Shown piece by piece: positions 22,654 to 35,784 of a stretch of DNA of 64,000 nucleotides (the first letter of the stretch is position 1; the number at the start of each line of letters is the position of its first letter). A program made the translations under genes and the position numbers. Source of the DNA: Isurus oxyrinchus (Eukaryota); the NCBI GenBank assembly GCA_026770705.1, contig JANJGN010000546.1, forward strand, positions 248,001 through 312,000. The letters are read 5' to 3'. The notes beneath the pieces were generated by a model that did not search any database, was not told where the DNA came from, and saw only the letters and a program-made list of their open reading frames with translations.

Positions 22654-25600
22654 GTAAGTGCTGTGTTATAATTACTCACCAATTCACATCCAACACTCAA
22701 TGGGAAATAATAGTGTTTGATTTGCTTGTTTTTTGGCCGTGTTAACCAGCGTCACTATTTTTAATGATTTGTCTATTTCTGCTCCCAGATCCATGAGCTT
22801 ATTGTGTGTGATTGAATCCACATCATAGCTGTAACGTAAACCGAGCTGAGGGGTGATGACACCTCCCCCCTGAGTGAAGTGTCTCCTCCCCACTACACCT
22901 TCCACCCCTCACACTGTCTGTGTAAACCCCCGTCCCATCTCCAGCCTCTCTTTCCCCTCCAAAGTCCTTGAACGTGTTTCCATCTCCCGAATCCGGTTCC
23001 ATCTTTCCCGGAACTCCATGTTTGAATCCCTCCAATCAGGTTCCCACCCCAGCCACTGTGCTGAAACAGCTCTTATCAAGGTCACAAATGGCATCCTGTG
23101 TGACTGTGACAAAGGTCAACTTTCCCTCCTCGTCCTTCTCAATCTGTCTGCAGCCTTTGACACGCTCGACCACACCATCCTCCTCCAACATCTCTCCACT
23201 GTCGTCCAGCTGGGTGGGACTGCTCTCCCCTGGCTCCATTCTTATCCATCTCATCGTAGCCAGAGAATCACTTGCAATGGCTTTGCAGCATCATCTGAAC
23301 AGTGTTAGTTTTCACCTGTCCACTGAGGATCCCCAGCTCTACCTCACCACCACCTCTCTCGACTCCTCCACTGCTGCTAAATTATCAGGCTGCTTATCCG
23401 ACATCCAGTACTGGATGGGCAGAAATTCCCTCCAATTAAATATTGGAAAGACTGAAGCCATTGTCTTCATTCCCCGCTCCAAACTCTGTTCCCTTGCTAC
23501 CAATTCCATTCCTCTCCCTGGCAGCTCTCTGAGATTGAAGCCAATCTGTTCACAGCTTTGTTGTCCCATTTGATCCTGAGATGAGCTTCCTGCCTCATAT
23601 CTGCGCCCTCACTAACACCGTCTATTTCCACCTCCATAACGTCGTACGACTTCACCCTGTCTCAGCTCATCTGCTGCTGAAACCCTCATCCACGCCTTCA
23701 TTACCTCCAGACTCGACTGTTCCAACACATGCTCTACACTCCATAAACTTGAGGCCATCCAAAACTGCTGACCACGTCCTTACTCACACCAAGTCCCGTT
23801 CCCTTATCACCCGCTCTGCTCGATGACCGAGACTGGCTCCTGGTCAAGCAAAATCTCAATGTCCAAATTTTTGAATATTTTTCCTCCCTATTACAGTAAT
23901 CTCCTCCTTTATCTTCATCCACGGCAACATTCCCTATCTCAGGAGCCTCCTCCAGTGCCTACAACCCTCTCTATCTCAGGAGCCTCCTCCAGTCCCTACA
24001 ACCCTCCCTATCTCAGGAGCCTCCTCCAGTCCCTACAACCCTCCCTATCTCAGGAGACTCCTCCAGTCCCTACAACCCTCCTATCTCAGTACTCTCTTCC
24101 AATCTCAAAAACCATTCCTATCACTGCAAACTCCTCCGGACCCAACACCCCTCCCTATCTCTTTAACCTCCTCAAGCCCCGATAACCCTCGCGATATTTG
24201 TAGCCTCCTCCAGTCCTAACAACCTCCCCTATCTCTGCAACCTCCTCCAGACCGAATACCTCTCCCTATCTCTGTAAGCTGGTCCATCTCTTACAACCCT
24301 TCATATTTCTGTAACCTCCTCCAGCCCACTACAACCCTCCCTATCTCTGTAACCTCCTCCAGTCCCTAAGAGTTTCCTTTATCTCTGTAACCTCCTCCAG
24401 CCATTATAACCCTCCCTATCTCTGTAGCCTCCCTCAGCCCCAGCCACACTCCATATCTATGTAACCTCGTCCTGCCCCTACAACCCTCCCTATCTCTGTA
24501 ACCCCACCCTGCCCCAAAAACTCCCCCATCTCTGTAAACTCCTCCAGTCCCTGCAACCTTCCCTACCTCTGAAACCTCCACCAGCCTTTCCAACCCTCCC
24601 TACCTCTGCAATCCGTCCAGCCCCTACAACTCTTCCTATCCCTGTAAACTCCTCCTGCCCCTAAAACCCTCTCTGCCCTTGCAGCCTCCTCCAGTCCCTA
24701 CATGTTCCCCATCGCCATAAACTACTCAAATCCCTACAGCCCTCCCTATCTCTGCAACCTCCTCCAGGTCCTACCACCCTCCCTATCTGCGTAACCTCCT
24801 CCAGTATCTACAGCCCTCCCTATCTCTGTTACCTCCTACAGCCCCCACAAACCTCCCTATCTGTGTAACCTCCTCCAGCCCCTGATGGAAGGTGGGTCGA
24901 GCGGGTCAGTCACTTGCATGTTTATTCTGCAGCTTTAATATTTTAAGAAGGTAAGAATGTAGGAACATAAGAAATAGGGACAGGAGCAGGCCATTCGGCC
25001 CCTCGAGCCTGCTCTCACCGATCTGGTTGTGGCCTTAACTCCATTTTCCTGCCTGTCCCCCAAACCCTTGACTCCCTTGTCGATCAAAAACCAGCCTCAC
25101 TCAGCCTTGAGTCTATTCAATGGCCCAGCCTCCACTGCTCTCTGGGGAAGAGAATTCCACAGGCTAGCGCCCCTCTGAGAGAGGAAATTCCTCCTCATCT
25201 CAGTCTTAAATGGGGGAGCCCTCATTCCGAAACTGTGCTCCCTGGTTCTAGATTCCCCCACGAGGGGGAAACATCCTCCCAGCATCCACCATGTCAAGCC
25301 CCCTCGGAATCGGATATGTTTCAATAAGGTCACCCCTCATTCTTCTAAACTCCAATGGATACAGGCCCAACCTGCTCAACATTTCCTCACAGGACAAACC
25401 CTTTAATCCTGGGAATCAGCCCAGTGAACCTCCTCTGAACTGCCTTCAATGCAACTCTATCCCTCCATAAGTAAGGAGACCAGAACTGTACACACTGCTC
25501 CTGATACAATCTCACCCTGTGCAGCTGTTGCAAGACTTCCCTCCTTTTATACTCCATCCCTTTGCAATAAAGGCCAACATTCCACTTGTCTTCCTCATTC

Positions 25601-25844
25601 CGTGGTGTTCCTGAATGCTGACTTTCTGTGATTCATGTACAAGGACACCCAGATCCCTCTGTACTGCATTCTGCATCCTGTCTCCATTTAAATAATATCC
25701 TGTTTTTCTATTCTTCCTGCCAAAATAATTTGTTGCCATTCTCCTCAGTATTGACCATCCCCCCAATTCAGCCTCATCTGTAAATTTTGAGTCTAGTGGA
25801 TCCACAAACCATCCAGAGTTAAATATTGATATTTCTCTCCCCAG

Positions 25845-26213
25845 CTGAACCCTCACAAGAGTGGAAAGGTGACACTCCACGAGAGGTGACAGCGCAGGAA
25901 GGTTCGTGTGTACAGATTCCATGTCATTACAGTTATCCATCGTGTCTGGAAAACCAAACGCGAGGTGGAGTCTGGTTTAATAATGAGGAACAGATTCCCT
26001 GGGCTCCCATTGCCTTTCACTCCAAGGATCACAGTCACGAGTTACCACGGTTCCACCATCGGACCCGGCTGTCTGGAGACCTGAAAGATGGCGACTATTC
26101 TCTGATTATAAACAACATCAGACAGGAAGATGCAGGACCTTATTTTTTCAGGATAGAATTTGACAATGGTCCGAGACATAACTATTACCCTGTAACCCAG
26201 CTTCACGTTTCTG
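25845..26213 (+). CDS. Gene B, V-set exon V3 (E-strand Cys replaced by Tyr)
   Basis: 369 nt, phase 1-1. AEPSQEW...SCVQIPC...DGDYSLII...GPYFFRIEF. Confidence 0.88.
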
Positions 26214-29200
26214 GTAAGTGCTGTGTTATAATTACTCACCAATTCACATCCAACACTCAATGGGAAATAATAGTGTTTGATTTGCTTGTTTTTTGGCCGT
26301 GTTAACCAGCGTCACTATTTTTAATGATTTGTCTATTTCTGCTCCCAGATCCATGAGCTTATTGTGTGTGATTGAATCCACATCATAGCTGTAACGTAAA
26401 CCGAGTTGAGGGGTGATGACACCTCCCCCCTGAGTGAAGTGTCTCCTCCCCACTACACCTTCCACCCCTCACACTGTCCGTGTAAACCCCCGTCCCATCT
26501 CCAGCCTCTCTTTCCCCTCCAAAGTCCTTGAACGTGTTTCCATCTCCCGAATCCGGTTCCATCTTTCCCGGAACTCCATGTTTGAATCCCTCCAATCAGG
26601 TTCCCACCCCAGCCACTGTGCTGAAACATCTCTTATCAAGGTCACAAATGGCATCCTGTGTGACTGTGACAAAGGTCAACTTTCCCTCCTCGTCCTTCTC
26701 AATCTGTCTGCAGCCTTTGTCACGCTCGACCACACCATCCTCCTCCAACATCTCTCCACTGTCGTCCAGCTGGGTGGGACTGCTCTCCCCTGGCTCCATT
26801 CTTATCCATCTCATCGTAGCCAGAGAATCACTTGCAATGGCTTTGCAGCATCATCTGAACAGTGTTAGTTTTCACCTGTCCACTGAGGATCCCCAGCTCT
26901 ACCTCACCACCACCTCTCTCGACTCCTCCACTGCTGCTAAATTATCAGGCTGCTTATCCGACATCCAGTACTGGATGGGCAGAAATTCCCTCCAATTAAA
27001 TATTGGAAAGACTGAAGCCATTGTCTTCATTCCCCGCTCCAAACTCTGTTCCCTTGCTACCAATTCCATTCCTCTCCCTGGCAGCTCTCTGAGATTGAAG
27101 CCAATCTGTTCACAGCTTTGTTGTCCCATTTGATCCTGAGATGAGCTTCCGGCCTCATATCTGCGCCCTCACTAACACCGTCTATTTCCACCTCCATAAC
27201 GTCGTACGACTTCACCCTGTCTCAGCTCATCTGCTGCTGAAACCCTCATCCACGCCTTCATTACCTCCAGACTCGACTGTTCCAACACATGCTCTACACT
27301 CCATAAACTTGAGGCCATCCAAAACTGCTGACCACGTCCTTACTCACACCAAGTCCCGTTCCCTTATCACCCGCTCTGCTCGATGACCGAGACTGGCTCC
27401 TGGTCAAGCAAAGTCTCAATGTCCAAATTTTTGAATATTTTTCCTCCCTATTACAGTAATCTCCTCCTTTATCTTCATCCATGGCAACATTCCCTATCGC
27501 AGGAGCCTCCTCCAGTGCCTACAACCCTCTCTATCTCAGGAGCCTCCTCCAGTCCCTACAACCCTCCCTATCTCAGGAGCCTCCTCCAGTCCCTACAACC
27601 CTCCCTATCTCAGGAGACTCCTCCAGTCCCTACAACCCTCCTATCTCAGTACTCTCTTCCAATCCCGAAAACCATTCCTATCACTGCAAACTCCTCCGGA
27701 CCCAACACCCCTCCCTATCTCTTTAACCTCCTCAAGCCCCGATAACCCTCGCGATATTTGTAGCCTCCTCCAGTCCTAACAACCTCCCCTATCTCTGCAA
27801 CCTCCTCCAGACCGAATACCTCTCCCTATCTCTGTAAGCTGGTCCATCTCTTACAACCCTTCATATTTCTGTAACCTCCTCCAGCCCACTACAACCCTCC
27901 CTATCTCTGTAACCTCCTCCAGTCCCTAAGAGTTTCCTTTATCTCTGTAACCTCCTCCAGCCATTATAACCCTCCCTATCTCTGTAGCCTCCCTCAGCCC
28001 CAGCCACACTCCATATCTATGTAACCTCGTCCTGCCCTTACAACCCTCCGTATCTCTGTAACCCCACCCTGCCCCAAAAACTCCCCCAACTCTGTAAACT
28101 CCTCCAGTCCCTGCAACCTTCCCTACCTCTGAAACCTCCACCAGCCTTTCCAACCCTCCCTACCTCTGCAATCCGTCCAGCCCCTACAACTCTTCCTATC
28201 CCTGTAAACTCCTCCTGCCCCTAAAACCCTCTCTGCCCTTGCAGCCTCCTCCAGTCCCTACACGCTCCCCATCGCCATAAACTTCTCAAATCCCTACAGC
28301 CCTCCCTATCTCTGCAACCTCCTCCAGGTCCTACCACCCTCCCTATCTGCGTAACCTCCTCCAGTATCTACAGCCCTCCCTATCTCTGTTACCTCCTACA
28401 GCCCCCACATACCTCCCTATCTGTGTAACCTCCTCCAGCCCCTGATGGAAGGTGGGTCGAGCGGGTCAGTCACTTGCATGTTTATTCTGCAGCTTTAATA
28501 TTTTAAGAAGGTAAGAATGTAGGAACATAAGAAATAGGGACAGGAGCAGGCCATTCGGCCCCTCGAGCCTGCTCTCACTGATCTGGTTGTGGCCTTAACT
28601 CCACTTTCCTGCCTGTGCCCCAAACCCTTGAATCCCTTGTCGATCAAAAACCTGCCTCACTCAGCCTTGAGTCTATTCAATGGCCCAGCCTCCACTGCTC
28701 TCTGGGGAAGAGAATTCCACAGGCTAGCGCCCCTCTGAGAGAGGAAATTCCTCCTCATCTCAGTCTTAAATGGAGAGCCCTCATTCCGAAACTGTGCTCC
28801 CTGGTTCTAGATTCCCCCACGAGGGGGAAACATCCTCCCAGCATCCACCCTGTCAAGCCCCCTCGGAATCGGATATGTTTCAATAAGGTCACCCCTCATT
28901 CTTCTAAACTCCAATGGATACAGGCCCAACCTGCTCAACATTTCCTCACAGGACAAACCCTTTAATCCTGGGAATCAGCCCAGTGAACCTCCTCTGAACT
29001 GCCTTCAATGCAACTCTATCCCTCCATAAGTAAGGAGACCAGAACTGTACACACTGCTCCTGATACAATCTCACCCTGTGCAGCTGTTGCAAGACTTCCC
29101 TCCTTTTATACTCCATCCCTTTGCAATAAAGGCCAACATTCCACTTGCCTTCCTCATTCCGTGGTGTTCCTGAATGCTGACTTTCTGTGATTCATGTACA

Positions 29201-29403
29201 AGGACACCCAGATCCCTCTGTACTGCATTCTGCATCCTGTCTCCATTTAAATAATATCCTATTTTTCTATTCTTCCTGCCAAAATAATTTGTTGCCATTT
29301 TCCTCAGTATTGACCATCCCCCCAATTCAGCCTCATCTGTAAATTTTGAGTCTAGTGGATCCACAAACCATCCAGAGTTAAATATTGATATTTCTCTCCC
29401 CAG

Positions 29404-29772
29404 CTGAACCCTCACAAGAGTGGAAAGGTGACACTCCACGAGAGGTGACAGCGCAGGAAGGTTCGTTTGTACAGATTCCATGTCATTACAGTTATCCATC
29501 GTGTCTGGAAAACCAACCGCGAGGTGGACTCTGGTTTAATAATGAGAAACAGATTCCATGGGCTCCCATTGCCTTTCACTCCAAGGATCACAGTCACGAG
29601 TTACCACGGTTCCACCATCGGACCCGGCTGTCTGGAGACCTGAAAGATGGCGACTGTTCTCTGATTATAAACAACATCAGACGGGAAGATGCAGGACCTT
29701 ATTTTTTCAGAATAGAATTTGACAATGGTCCGAGCCATAACTATTACCCTGTAAGCCAGCTTCACATTTCTG
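29404..29772 (+). CDS. Gene B, V-set exon V4 (first Cys replaced by Phe)
   Basis: 369 nt, phase 1-1. AEPSQEW...GSFVQIPC...DGDCSLII...GPYFFRIEF. Confidence 0.88.
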
Positions 29773-30585
29773 GTAAGTGCTGTGTTATAATTACTCACCA
29801 ATTCACATTCAACACTCAATGGGAAATAACACAAACTGTGACGTTTACATATTAACACAAAACACAGCTTATTATAACACGCTGTCTGATTCTCAATAAC
29901 CTGGTGATAGCTTCCAGTTCAGTCCTAAAACAACCTCTAATACTCACTTTAATATCAATGATTAAATGTATTGACTGTGTCCATCAATGTTATCAGGTTA
30001 TCCACTTACATCAATCTCCCTAATCCTGTTTAAAATTCTTACATATCAACAAAAGAAAGATTTGCATTTCTATAGCGCCTTTCACCACCTCTGGACGTCG
30101 CAAATGGATTCACAACCATTGAAATAATTGTTGAAATGTAGCCCTTGTTGTAATATAGGAAACACAGCAGCCAATTTGTGCACAGGAAGCTCCCAGAAAC
30201 AGCAATGTGATCAATAACCTGATCATCTGCTTTAGATGCCGGTTCAGTGATTGGTTCAAATGGATTCTCTCCTCCTGGCGACAGGATAGAATTTAAATCT
30301 GGCAGATTTCAGAGAAAGTAACAAGCCAGTGTGTCAGGAACTGTGAGCTGCTCCCCCGCCCTCACCCGGGATTGTCAATTCAATTATCTCAAAGTGGAAG
30401 TGAATTCATCTGAGAGACAGAAATTCCACTAAGTCTGAAAATAGGAAATTCTCTCCTGATCATTGTAACCTCTCAGATCTGATATCATCCTTGTAAACGT
30501 GCTTTCTCTTGTGGGACTGTGATTTCTATTTGAACTGATGCTTCACGTTATATTTCTCTAAAAGGATCCATTCTCTGTCTGTTAG

Positions 30586-30882
30586 ATTTCACAGATAAAC
30601 CCACGATATTCCCTGCTGAAATTATTGCAGGAAAGCGTGTGGATGTAAGCTGCACCTTCAACACAACGTGCAATGGAACAGCAGCACCTGTCTTAACCTG
30701 GGACACTCCCACTGACGTACCTGGATCAGTCTCAAACACTGTAACTCAGCATGGTGTCACTCTGACCTATACTTCTGTTCTGACCCTGATCCCATCACTC
30801 AAACACCACGGACACACTCTCAGCTGCAGAGTGAGATATCCATCTGTTTCATCGGAGCAGACCCTTATGCTAACTGTAAAAT
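30586..30882 (+). CDS. Gene B, C2-set exon 1
   Basis: gttag|AT and AAAT|gtaagt; 297 nt. Almost identical to 1458-1754. Confidence 0.9.
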
Positions 30883-31249
30883 GTAAGTATGGATTCCCTT
30901 CATTCTATATTAGCTGTAATAGGATACAATGTGCAGAGCAAGATCCCACAAACATCACTTGAAGACAAAACAGGTCCTTTTTTATTAGTGATATTGACCA
31001 GGGAGAGCTCTTCCTGTATTGAGCCTTGGGATTGTTTATGCCTACCTGATAAGGCAGAGGGGGCCAAGGTTGAACTTAAAAGACAATATAGGATAATATA
31101 AATATTGTCTTCATTGATGTCAAAGATTTTGGGGGAGATGTAGTATAAAAGTTTAATATTAACAATGTAAATAGATAGTATTTATCATCAGTTACTCAAG
31201 GTCACATGAGAATAGAACACGGAGAGAGATAGTTCTATAGATACCTAGG

Positions 31250-33300
31250 TACATAGAAACTAGGAGCAGGATTAGGACATTCAGTCCTTCAAGCCTTCTC
31301 CGCCATTCAATATGATCAAGGCTGACCCTCTATCTCAAAGCCTTATTCCCGCTTTCTCTCCGTACCCTTTGATGCCCCTAATATCAAAATATTTATCAGT
31401 TTCTTTCTTGAATACACTCAGTGACCCGGCCTCCACAGCCTCTGTGATGGAGAATTCCACAGATTGACCACCCTCTGAGTGAAGAAATGTTTCCCTATCT
31501 CAGTCCAAAATGGCCTGCCCTGTATCCTGAGATTGTCGCCCTTGGTTTTAGACTCCCCAACCAGGGGATGCATCCTCCCTCCATCCAGTCTGTCTATCTC
31601 TGTTAGAATTTCTTACGTTTATTCAGGTCTCCTCTCATTCTTCTAAACTCTAGTGAATACAGACCCAGTCGTACCAATTCTCCTCATACGACAGTCCTGC
31701 CGCCCCTGGTATCAGCCTAGAGAACCTTCTCTGCACTCTCTCGACGGCAAGTCTATCCTTTTTTAGGGAGGGAGACCAAAACGGCACGTAGTACCCCATG
31801 TGCAGTCTCACCAAGACCTTGTATAACTGCAGTGAGACATCCCTACTCCTGAACACAAATCCTCTTGCAATGAAGGCCAACATACCATTTGCCTTCCGAA
31901 TTACTTGCTGCACCTGCCTGTTTACTTTCATTGGCTAGTGCACAAGGACACCCAGATCCCTTTGTACATCCACATTTCGCAATATATCACCATTTAAATA
32001 ATACTCTGCCTTTCTGTTTTTCACACCAAAGCCTACAATGTCACATTCATCCACATCATCTGCCATGTGTTTGCCCACACACACAACTTGTCTAAATCGC
32101 CTTGAAGCCTCTTTGCATCCTTCTCACAGCTCACACCCTTACCCAGCATTGTGTCATCAGAAAACCTGGAAATATTGCACTTGGCTCCCTCACCCAAGTC
32201 ATTTATATATATCGTGAATAGTTAGGTCCCAAGCACGGATCCCTGTGGTATACCACTAGTCACCGCCTGCCACTCAGATAAAGACTAATTTATTCTGACC
32301 CTCTGTTTCCTGTCTGTCGACCCAATTCTCAATCCATGCCAGTAAATTACCCCCAATCCCATGGGCTTTAATGTTGCCCACTAGCCTCTTATGTGGGACC
32401 TTATCAAAAGCCTTCTTGAAATCTAAAAACACCACATCCACTGGTTATCCCTTATCTATTCCACAAGTTACATCCTCAAAATCTCCAGTAGATTAGTTAA
32501 GCATGATTTTCCTTTCATTAACCCATGCTGACTTTGTCTAATCCCATTAATGCTTTCCAAGCGTTCCATTAGCACACCTTATATAATAGGCTCTAGCGTT
32601 TTCCCCATGTTAGACTAACTGGTCTGTAATTCTCTGATTTTTCTCTCCCTTCTATTTTAAATAGTGGGGTTACAATTGCCACCCTCCAATCTATAGGAAC
32701 TGCTCCAGAGCCTATAGAATTTTGGAGGATGACCACCAGTGCTTCCAATATTTCCAGGGTCACTTCCGTTAGTCTCTGGGATGTAGATTTTCAGGCCCTG
32801 AGGACTGTTCAACCTTTAACCCATTAATCTCTCCAGCTCCATTTTTTAAAACTAATCCTGATTATCTTCAATTCCTCCTTCTCACTAGACACTTGGTTCC
32901 CTAACATTCCTGGGAAATTATTTGTGTCCTCTTTTGTGAAGACAGAACTAAAATATATGTTCAGTTCTTCTGCCATTTCTTTGTTTCTCATTAGAATTTC
33001 CCCCATTTCTGACTGCAAGGAACCTACATCGGTCACTGCTAATCTTTCTCTCTTCACATATTTATAGAAGCTTTTACAGTCGGTTTTTACGTTCCCTGCA
33101 AGTTTACTCCCATGTTCCATTTTCCCCTTCTTGATCAATCTTTTTGTCCACTTTTGCTGAATTCTAAACTGCTCCCAATCCTCAGCATTGCTGCTTCCCC
33201 TGGCAATTTTATGTCTCCTCTCTGGATCTAATACTATCCCTAATTTCTTTTGTAAGCCCTGGTTGAGCACCATTTCCTGACTTATTTTTACGCCAGACAG
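31250..33300 (-). mobile_element. CR1 LINE, degenerate ORF2
   Basis: KANGMLAFIARG...LQLYKVLVRLHMGY...VQRRFSRLIPG and KTDCKSFYKYVKRER...AEELNIYFSSVFTKED. Confidence 0.9.
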
Positions 33301-33424
33301 AAATGGATAATTGTTGTAGCAAATGCTTCAGCCTTATCTTTTGCCCTGATGTGCTGGGCTCCCCCTTCATTGAGGATGGGAATATTTGTGGATTCCCCTC
33401 CTCCAGTGAGCTAATTGTCCGTTA

Positions 33425-34470
33425 CCATTGGATACGAGCATTAGTGGACTGTGTTAGACCATTATCGAAAATGAAAGCCGGACTCCAGTATGGCCTCACT
33501 ATGATGGATATGACAACTCGATTTCCAGAGACCATCCCTTTAGGAACAATTACAGCTAAAGTAGTAATAGGGAAGTTAACCCAATTTTTTACCCATTATG
33601 GATTACTGCTGGAGATCCAGTCAGATCAAGGTTCCATCTCTATGTCTTAAAATTTTCCGAACATAATGAGTAATTTGGGTATAAAACAGTTAAAGTCCAC
33701 AGCATATCATCCATAGACACGGGGATCTTTAGAGAGGGACCAACAAACCCTCAAAACAATGATTGAAGCTATTGTCATGAACTCCCCATGACTGGGACAA
33801 AGGACTGGATTTTCTTGTATTTCCCACACGAGATTCACCAAATGAATCGGCAGGTTTTAGTCTTTTTGGAATAACTTATGGACACGAGATAAGAGGCTGT
33901 CTGAAATACATCAAAGAAAGATATTCCGGACAGAGGGATGAATCCTCTATTTCAGATGATGTGTCCATGTTTCAGGAACGGCTCATGGGAGCCTCCAAAG
34001 TGGCACAAGAACATCTTATAGTTTCTCAAACAGAAATGAAGGAATGGGGCAGACAGGCAAGCTGTGACCCGAACATCACAACCAGGGGGATGACGTGTTA
34101 GTATCATTGCCTTGGCAGGGGGAGCCTCTGAAAGCGTGGTTCAGTGGTCCCCACAAGGTAATTAGGAGGGTTGGTCAAGTAAATTATTTGATAGACACCC
34201 CAGATTGTAGAATAAAGAATCGGCTGTGACACATCAATATGTTAAAACGATACCATCGTAGGGAGGGAGGTAAAAAGGAGCAGGTATTTCATTTCCAACC
34301 AGATTCTGCATACATTACAGAAAGGTTAATGCAGCAATAAAACCAGATTCCTACCCAATCCCCCGTTTAGAAGATGGTATTGACGGGGTTGGCAGTGCCA
34401 TGTTCCTTACTGAGATAAATTTGTTGGCAGTGGGGGGTGTTCGTGACCATCAGTGTGGAAGGGTTAGGTT
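33425..34470 (+). mobile_element. Gypsy (Gmr1-like) pol fragment: integrase followed by the start of RT
   Basis: VDCVRPL...MMDMTTRFPETIPL...EIQSDQGS (integrase core), then RFCIHYRKVNAAIKPDSYPIPRLEDGIDGVG (RT) at ~34298-34430. Confidence 0.78.
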
Positions 34471-34486
34471 TACAGGTTACACAGAC

Positions 34487-35012
34487 CACACACGCACCAA
34501 CAGACACACACACACATGNNNNNNNNNNNNNNNNNNNNNNNNNNNNNNNNNNNNNNNNNNNNNNNNNNNNNNNNNNNNNNNNNNNNNNNNNNNNNNNNNN
34601 NNNNNNNNNNNNNNNNNNNNNNNNNNNNNNNNNNNNNNNNNNNNNNNNNNNNNNNNNNNNNNNNNNNNNNNNNNNNNNNNNNNNNNNNNNNNCACACGCA
34701 CACGCGCACACAGACAACACACACGCACACACAACACACACACACCTGCACACACGCACATGCACACACACGCACACACACACACACACGCATACACACA
34801 CACACGTAAGCACGCACATTCACATGCACANNNNNNNNNNNNNNNNNNNNNNNNNNNNNNNNNNNNNNNNNNNNNNNNNNNNNNNNNNNNNNNNNNNNNN
34901 NNNNNNNNNNNNNNNNNNNNNNNNNNNNNNNNNNNNNNNNNNNNNNNNNNNNNNNNNNNNNNNNNNNNNNNNNNNNNNNNNNNNNNNNNNNNNNNNNNNN
35001 NNNNNNNNNNNN
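34487..35012. repeat. (CA)n-rich microsatellite containing two assembly gaps (34519-34691, 34831-35012)
   Basis: Seen directly. Other CA/TG tracts at 35729-35815, 46930-47220 and 49390-49495. Confidence 0.95.
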
Positions 35013-35422
35013 TCAGTGCTGCACTGGAGTCTCGGTGTCAGCTCCGATTCTGTGCTGAAGGAAGGTAAACTCCAGATCAACAAGACCCTGAATTGGATGA
35101 GCAACCTCCTGAACAGAGAATTGTAGATTTACCCCTCAGTGCTCCATCGATCAAATACAATCATTGCCTGTCAAGCCCTTGGGGACATTCTGAGGATGTG
35201 AAAGGGAGTTTCTTTAAATCTGGATGGGCAGGGTCTCTGGTGGGAGAATGCTCCTGCAGTGTGACAGTTTACATAGGCAGTGCCCATTGTAAATGTGACA
35301 TAGGAAAATATCTTGAGGGAAGGTACCTAGAAATGCATACAGACATCAGATACAGAGACATGATGCATGGAGTCTTGCTGTGCACTATGTTTGCTCACGT
35401 TAAAATCTTTATATGTTTTTAG

Positions 35423-35704
35423 ATGCACCACGGAATCTCTCAATCAATTCTCTTGATATGATTAACGCTTCATGGATCAATATAATTGAGGGGAATTCTG
35501 CAGTGATAATCTGCTCTGTCGAGAGCTTCCCAGCTTCTAACCTGACGTGGCGACATCTTAATGTCCCACTGATCAGAACAAGTTCCAACAATGAGCTGTG
35601 GCTGGTGATTCCTCATGTTACATCCAAGGACACTGGAAACTATCAGTGTGTGGCAGAGAATGAACATGGAGCAGTGGAGGGATTCATAAACATCACTGTG
35701 GAAT
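35423..35704 (+). CDS. Gene B, C2/I-set exon 2
   Basis: ttttag|AT and GAAT|gtgagt; 282 nt. YAPRNLSI...IICSVESFPASNLTW...DTGNYQCVAENEHG. Confidence 0.9.
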
Positions 35705-35726
35705 GTGAGTTAATGCAAACTTCAAC

Positions 35727-35784
<58 letters not shown>

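Larger units (their letters stand above)
18661..29829 (+). repeat. Tandem array of ~3.56-kb units, each with a V exon, an L2-like fragment, a minisatellite and an antisense CR1 end
   Basis: V exon starts at 18717, 22286, 25845 and 29404 (spacings 3569, 3559, 3559). The intervening sequences are nearly identical. Confidence 0.95.

Noticed and set aside
18717-29772. V array as rearranging (RAG-type) V segments
   Set aside because: Each V is a complete domain including the G strand and ends in a gtaagt splice donor. There is no heptamer-spacer-nonamer next to it and no D or J segments.
34367-35126. ORFs spanning N gaps and CA repeats (also 46865-47243, 48009-48380)
   Set aside because: Artefacts of microsatellites and unknown bases.
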